A DNA stretch of 64,000 nt from Vermamoeba vermiformis (Eukaryota): positions 310,001-374,000 of the forward strand of contig JBEWZL010000084.1 of NCBI GenBank assembly GCA_045837725.1, in the 5' to 3' direction. The translations under genes and the position numbers were made by a program. This document shows positions 59,440 through 64,000 of this stretch, piece after piece (the stretch's first letter is position 1; each line of letters begins with the position of its first letter). The notes beneath the pieces were generated by a model that made no database searches, had not been told where the DNA came from, and saw only the letters and a list, made by a program, of their open reading frames with translations.

Positions 59440-62201
59440 ATGAGAATCACAATTACAATAATTTACTGGATCGTCGTTGCAATTTACTTTACGGAGATCG
59501 CGAAGGTAATCAATTAATTTTCTACAAAATATTATTTTAATATTTACTATTTTTATCTGGTTAATAATTGATTCATTTTAGGGCCAAACGACAACTGAAA
59601 AATCATTGTCGTTTTATTATCCGCAAGTGCTTAACGACTGCTTTGCCTGCACTAACTTCCCCAACATTGGTCTGCCTCCAGTAAGTATTTTCTAATATTT
59701 TTGTAATTTATAAGATACCGATTTTTAAAGGTTAACGGCCAAATCTGTAATCGTTATCGGATAAATTGAAAATTAATGCAATATCATGTATACTAATAGT
59801 AATATAATATTAATAATTATCTCCTTTATGTAACAGTGGAATAAACATCAAGCTCGTCAAGGCGAAGTACTTGCATCCGTTCAAATGCCCAACATGACTC
59901 AAGGCGAGCGTCTAATATCGCAATCATATTGCTGTCGATATACATTCGGCACTAATGCTCAAGTTGACTTTACGAATATTATTCGCGTGGATGTGACTGT
60001 TGCTCGGCAGGCTTTTTACGGTACGTTGCTTTAAATACAATCCATTATTCTTCGATACCAAAAGTATTTTTGATATCAATATATTAATATGGTTATAGTG
60101 GTCAACACAATAGGAGCATTCGACAACTGGTTGTGGTTCGGCATCTACGACAAAACAGATCAACAAATGATTTACGGCCAGTGGCAACGAAATGAAAGTC
60201 AGATTGGCGCTGCTAAGATCGCTATGCAATATGAAGAAGAGTATGAACTATACTAAGCTATATTTAGCGTACATTGTCCGCTACAAAATTATAGCCCAAA
60301 ATTCTGCGAATTTAATTTTGAATTTCTAAGTTTTACATTGTTCTAACGATCGCGTAGGTCTCGAAGAGCGTTCAATTACTCCATTCCAAACTGGCAGAAC
60401 ATGGGCTCAGTCATCTTGGGTTATCAAATCGTCAGCGAAGAACCCAACGCCTACGTCGAACTTATTAACGGTTCTATTACAGTAGTTTACTCGACTGATG
60501 GTAATTATTAACAAATACATATATATTATTATTGATAATTAATATTGACTCTCTTTGTAGCAATTGTTCTATCGGACGACACAAAAATTCTGATCGGCGT
60601 ATTAGTTGGCGTCGGTGTTCCAGTGGCAGGCACAGCAATATTTCTAGGAATATTTTTCGGAGTTAAGCAGAAGAAGAGCGCTAAAGAGAAGAAGAGGCTC
60701 GAAACAGAGAAAAAAGACTTGGAAAAACAACTCAAATACAGCGAATTACCCGACGTACTTAATCCAAATAAGGCAACACCTTATAAGGCAATCGAATTCC
60801 ATAGTAACGGGCAATATTATCAATACTACGATAAAAACCGATTTTTAACACTTTCCAAATTAGGAAACGAGGACGAGGATGTCGGATTAAATTTAAATTT
60901 GCAGCCCAAGCCGACACTACCAGAAGATCTTAATAGCAGATTTAATATACCTTTCAAAGACTTAAAATTCAAGCGCGAGATTGGCGCGGGAGGCTTCGGC
61001 AAAGTGTTTGTCGGTGAATGGCAAAGTACAGAAGTCGCGATTAAAGTGAGCAATGCTATTGCTTCCTTTGAAGAGTTTCAGAAAGAAGCGCAGTTGATGA
61101 TGTAAGTATATTAGTATAGTAATAATATCATTATAGCGGCCAATATTTTTTTTTCGGATCTCGAGATCCAACCGCGAAGTCCACTTTCAGCCAATTTCTT
61201 TGCCCTACTTAATACTAAATATCAATTCCTTGATGGTGAGATTTAATGTAATTGAGGGCCACTATCATACTACAATACTTTGAAGGCCCATATTCATTAT
61301 GAATAGGAGCGGCAATATCGAAATTCATAACGACAGCACGATTTTTTTGCTGCAGACCCGAAAGACTAACTAACGTTTTTCTAGTAATATTCGTCCGCAC
61401 CCTAATGTACTTCAAGTGCTCGGAGTCAGCACGGACGGATTTGCACCAATGATCGTGATGGACTTTTGTGCGGGTGGCAGTTTGGATGCGGTGCTGTTCA
61501 ACAAGACGAAAGATATTAGCGCACAAGCACAGTTCAAATTGATTATTGGCATCGCTCGAGGATTACTTCACTTGCATAAGAATAATATCGTCCATCGAGA
61601 CCTTGCCGCAAGAAACGTTTTGGTATACTTTTTGATGATCGCGTGGCGTATACTTTTTGCATCCTAATCTTCATTTGCAGTTGACGAGCGATGGTGAGCC
61701 TAAAATATCTGACTTTGGCATGTCGAGAATTGTTGAAGCTTCAGTGAAAGAAGGAACAACTAAGACTACTATAGGACCTGTCAAATGGATGGTACGCACA
61801 TTTGACGAGATCCGGATGTCACAAACTTCAAATACGTTTATTAAATTTATTGTTTGTAGTCACCTGAATCAATTAGAGATCGCATTTACAGCACAAAATC
61901 AGATGTTTGGAGCTTTGGCATTGTGCTCAGTGAAATCGCAAACAGATCTGAGCCACACGCCGAGACTCAGAACGTGATCGATGTCGCAGTTCAGATTAGA
62001 GATCATAACAAAACACCTACTATAATCGATAGTGCACCTGAGTATGTCAAACAAATCACTGCGAAGTGTTGGGCTCAAAACCCTGAAGATCGACCGGTAA
62101 GTCTCAGATCCAGCCCCGAGCCAAGAAATTAACTACTTTTCTAGGAAATGGAAGAGATTTGCGAGATGTTAAATAAGTACAAAAAAGAGAACGGAATGTA
62201 G
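59440..62201 (+). CDS. Receptor protein kinase (TKL / tyrosine-kinase-like)
   Basis: Signal peptide, ectodomain, TM ILIGVLVGVGVPVAGTAIFLGIFFGV; kinase GAGGFGKV, VAIK, HRDLAARN, DFGMSR, GPVKWMSPE, SDVWSFG. Stop at 62199-62201. Confidence 0.93.
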
Positions 62202-62286
62202 ATAGTTATAAAATATTTTAAGGAAGATCCACCAAGTTTCACAAACCGATTATTTAATATTATTTTTGCATTTATTAATTAATTTT

Positions 62287-64000
62287 TCAACGCGTTGTAT
62301 AGCTAGATAATGACGAATCAATTGAATTGGAACTACCAGCCACGATCGATGAACTAGCTTGACCGCGCGTACTGCCATCTTTTTTGTTATTGTTGTGTAA
62401 TAGCGTCATTAAGAAGACATTAATAAGACCAAAAAATGCTGGGAAATAATATTGCGCGATGAATGTGAAGTAGGTCTCCGTGACAACCGCCGGAAAAATG
62501 ACGGCCATAATTAGCAATCCAATGACAGTGAAACCAGTGCTCAATAATAGCACCATTAACTATACCAAAGAATAAGTTAATCAATCTTTAGAAATTTATT
62601 GCAAAGCTTACTTGGTGCGCTTCGCGTCGTTTCATTTGTTTGATGTGCGTGTTCTCAGCATCGGGTTTTGAGTAGATAAATTTCACGGTGACGATGAACC
62701 CAATAATAACGGTGTATATGGACACGATCTAAATATAGACAGTTATTTTGAGATCGTTCATGAAAACGAAGAACTTGACTTACAAATAAGGCAACGTATG
62801 CCACTGGATTAAATACGACGTTAGTGTCACTTCTTAACCGTTCAAGAATAAACTTTGCAAGTCCAATTGCCTAATTAGGAATGTTATAATCGTCTAATCT
62901 TTTTTTTCAGCTTCGTACGACAAAAAATCCAATGATGACACCCAGCAAAATTCGCGAATGAAATCGCTTTTGGTGACTCGGGAACAAGAATCCAGACCTA
63001 TTATTAAAGTTAGACCGAGACCTATTATATAATGAAAGGTTTGTATAGTTGATACTGTGTGACGTACCACCACATGGCCAGTGAAAAGTTAGCGGATCCG
63101 ACGAAAGCAAATCCCATCGATAAAACACCCCATATGACATAATAAGGAGACAAAACATATATATAACACCACAGTGCTATGTCAAAAGCAATAAAACCTG
63201 CAACGAATGACAGTCAGTCACGTGACCTTTCTTAAAAAGGACATTTTACAACTTACTGGAGCAAGCCAACATGTTACAGAAATGAGCCACCGTAGTGTGA
63301 TTAATTATGAAGCCTTTAAGTTGAACGTAGAGCACTAGTTTGTAGATGCAAAAGCCAAGGCAAAGCAAGCCAAAAAAGACGAAGCTCCACATGAAGATTA
63401 GAATTCCCGGATCCAACGCCACAAAATTCCATAAAAACACTGCGTACAAAGATTAAATATACATATTATGTATTCACTTGCGAGAAACCTCACCTGGTTC
63501 AATACGAACATAGATCTCGTAATCGCGATCCAAAATTTGAATTGCTTCGTAGACCTTTGAAGAATAACTGCGTCAATAGTCGTAATTTTCCTATTAATTT
63601 TATGTTTACTTACTTCTTGATAAAAATAGTAGATTAACGTGCCTTTCAGTTGATTGAAGTAACTGACGATGGACCAATCAAGTTCGGCCGTTGATGAGCA
63701 CATTGGACGACCACAAGAAAACATCAATGTCTATAGTAATAATAAGTTAGTACTGATATCATTCCAAAAACTAGCGGAGCGTTCCGGATTCGGTTGCTAA
63801 ATTTGGAATTCCATCGCGTGGCTTTATAACATGATTTACCTTCCATCCTTTACTACGAGCATCCACTGCACCCTCTGGAAGGCTACATGTACTCGTTGAA
63901 TGCTCCGGAAGAGTGATGCTATCCTTCCAAAATTGCAACATGAGAATAGACGAATCTGGATCGAATTCGCCGTTAGCAATATTATTCAATCCACAGCCAT
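62287..64000 (-). CDS. Seven-transmembrane GPCR-like protein with N-terminal ectodomain, 5'-truncated
   Basis: Spliced translation gives seven hydrophobic helices and a Ser/Thr-rich cytoplasmic tail (STRGQASSSIVAGSSNSIDSSLSS). Start lies beyond the window. Confidence 0.75.

Overview
Gene-dense, AT-rich eukaryotic DNA with short spliceosomal introns (mostly about 50-300 nt, GTAAG/GTACG donors, CTAAC/CTAAT branch points) and the standard genetic code. Gene content (PH-less myristoylated PKBR1-type AGC kinase, HRDLAARN receptor kinase, many F-box/ankyrin/LRR genes, poly-Asn insert) suggests a free-living amoebozoan; this is inference. I reconstructed about 23 spliced genes by eye, so the ORF track shows only exon fragments. 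Conserved genes: ABC1/ADCK kinase, CDC5L, LETM1, AGC kinase, Atg22-like MFS transporter, OTU deubiquitinase, KCTD-type BTB, RGS, TKL receptor kinase, 7TM protein. Main oddities: (1) an ankyrin-F-box-Rab fusion whose GTPase lacks the G3 glycine and prenylation site; (2) a G-alpha lacking DVGGQ/switch II, with a 9-nt GT..AG insert in switch I; (3) a candidate HEPN(DUF4145)-RRM-EH fusion; (4) a tandem gene pair with an identical SOCS-box patch in otherwise diverged genes; (5) a CpG-depleted orphan ankyrin gene; (6) recurrent intronic palindromes TGACACGTGTCA and paired GATC; (7) an intronic foldback element. No rRNA, tRNA, CRISPR array or autonomous transposon was recognised.
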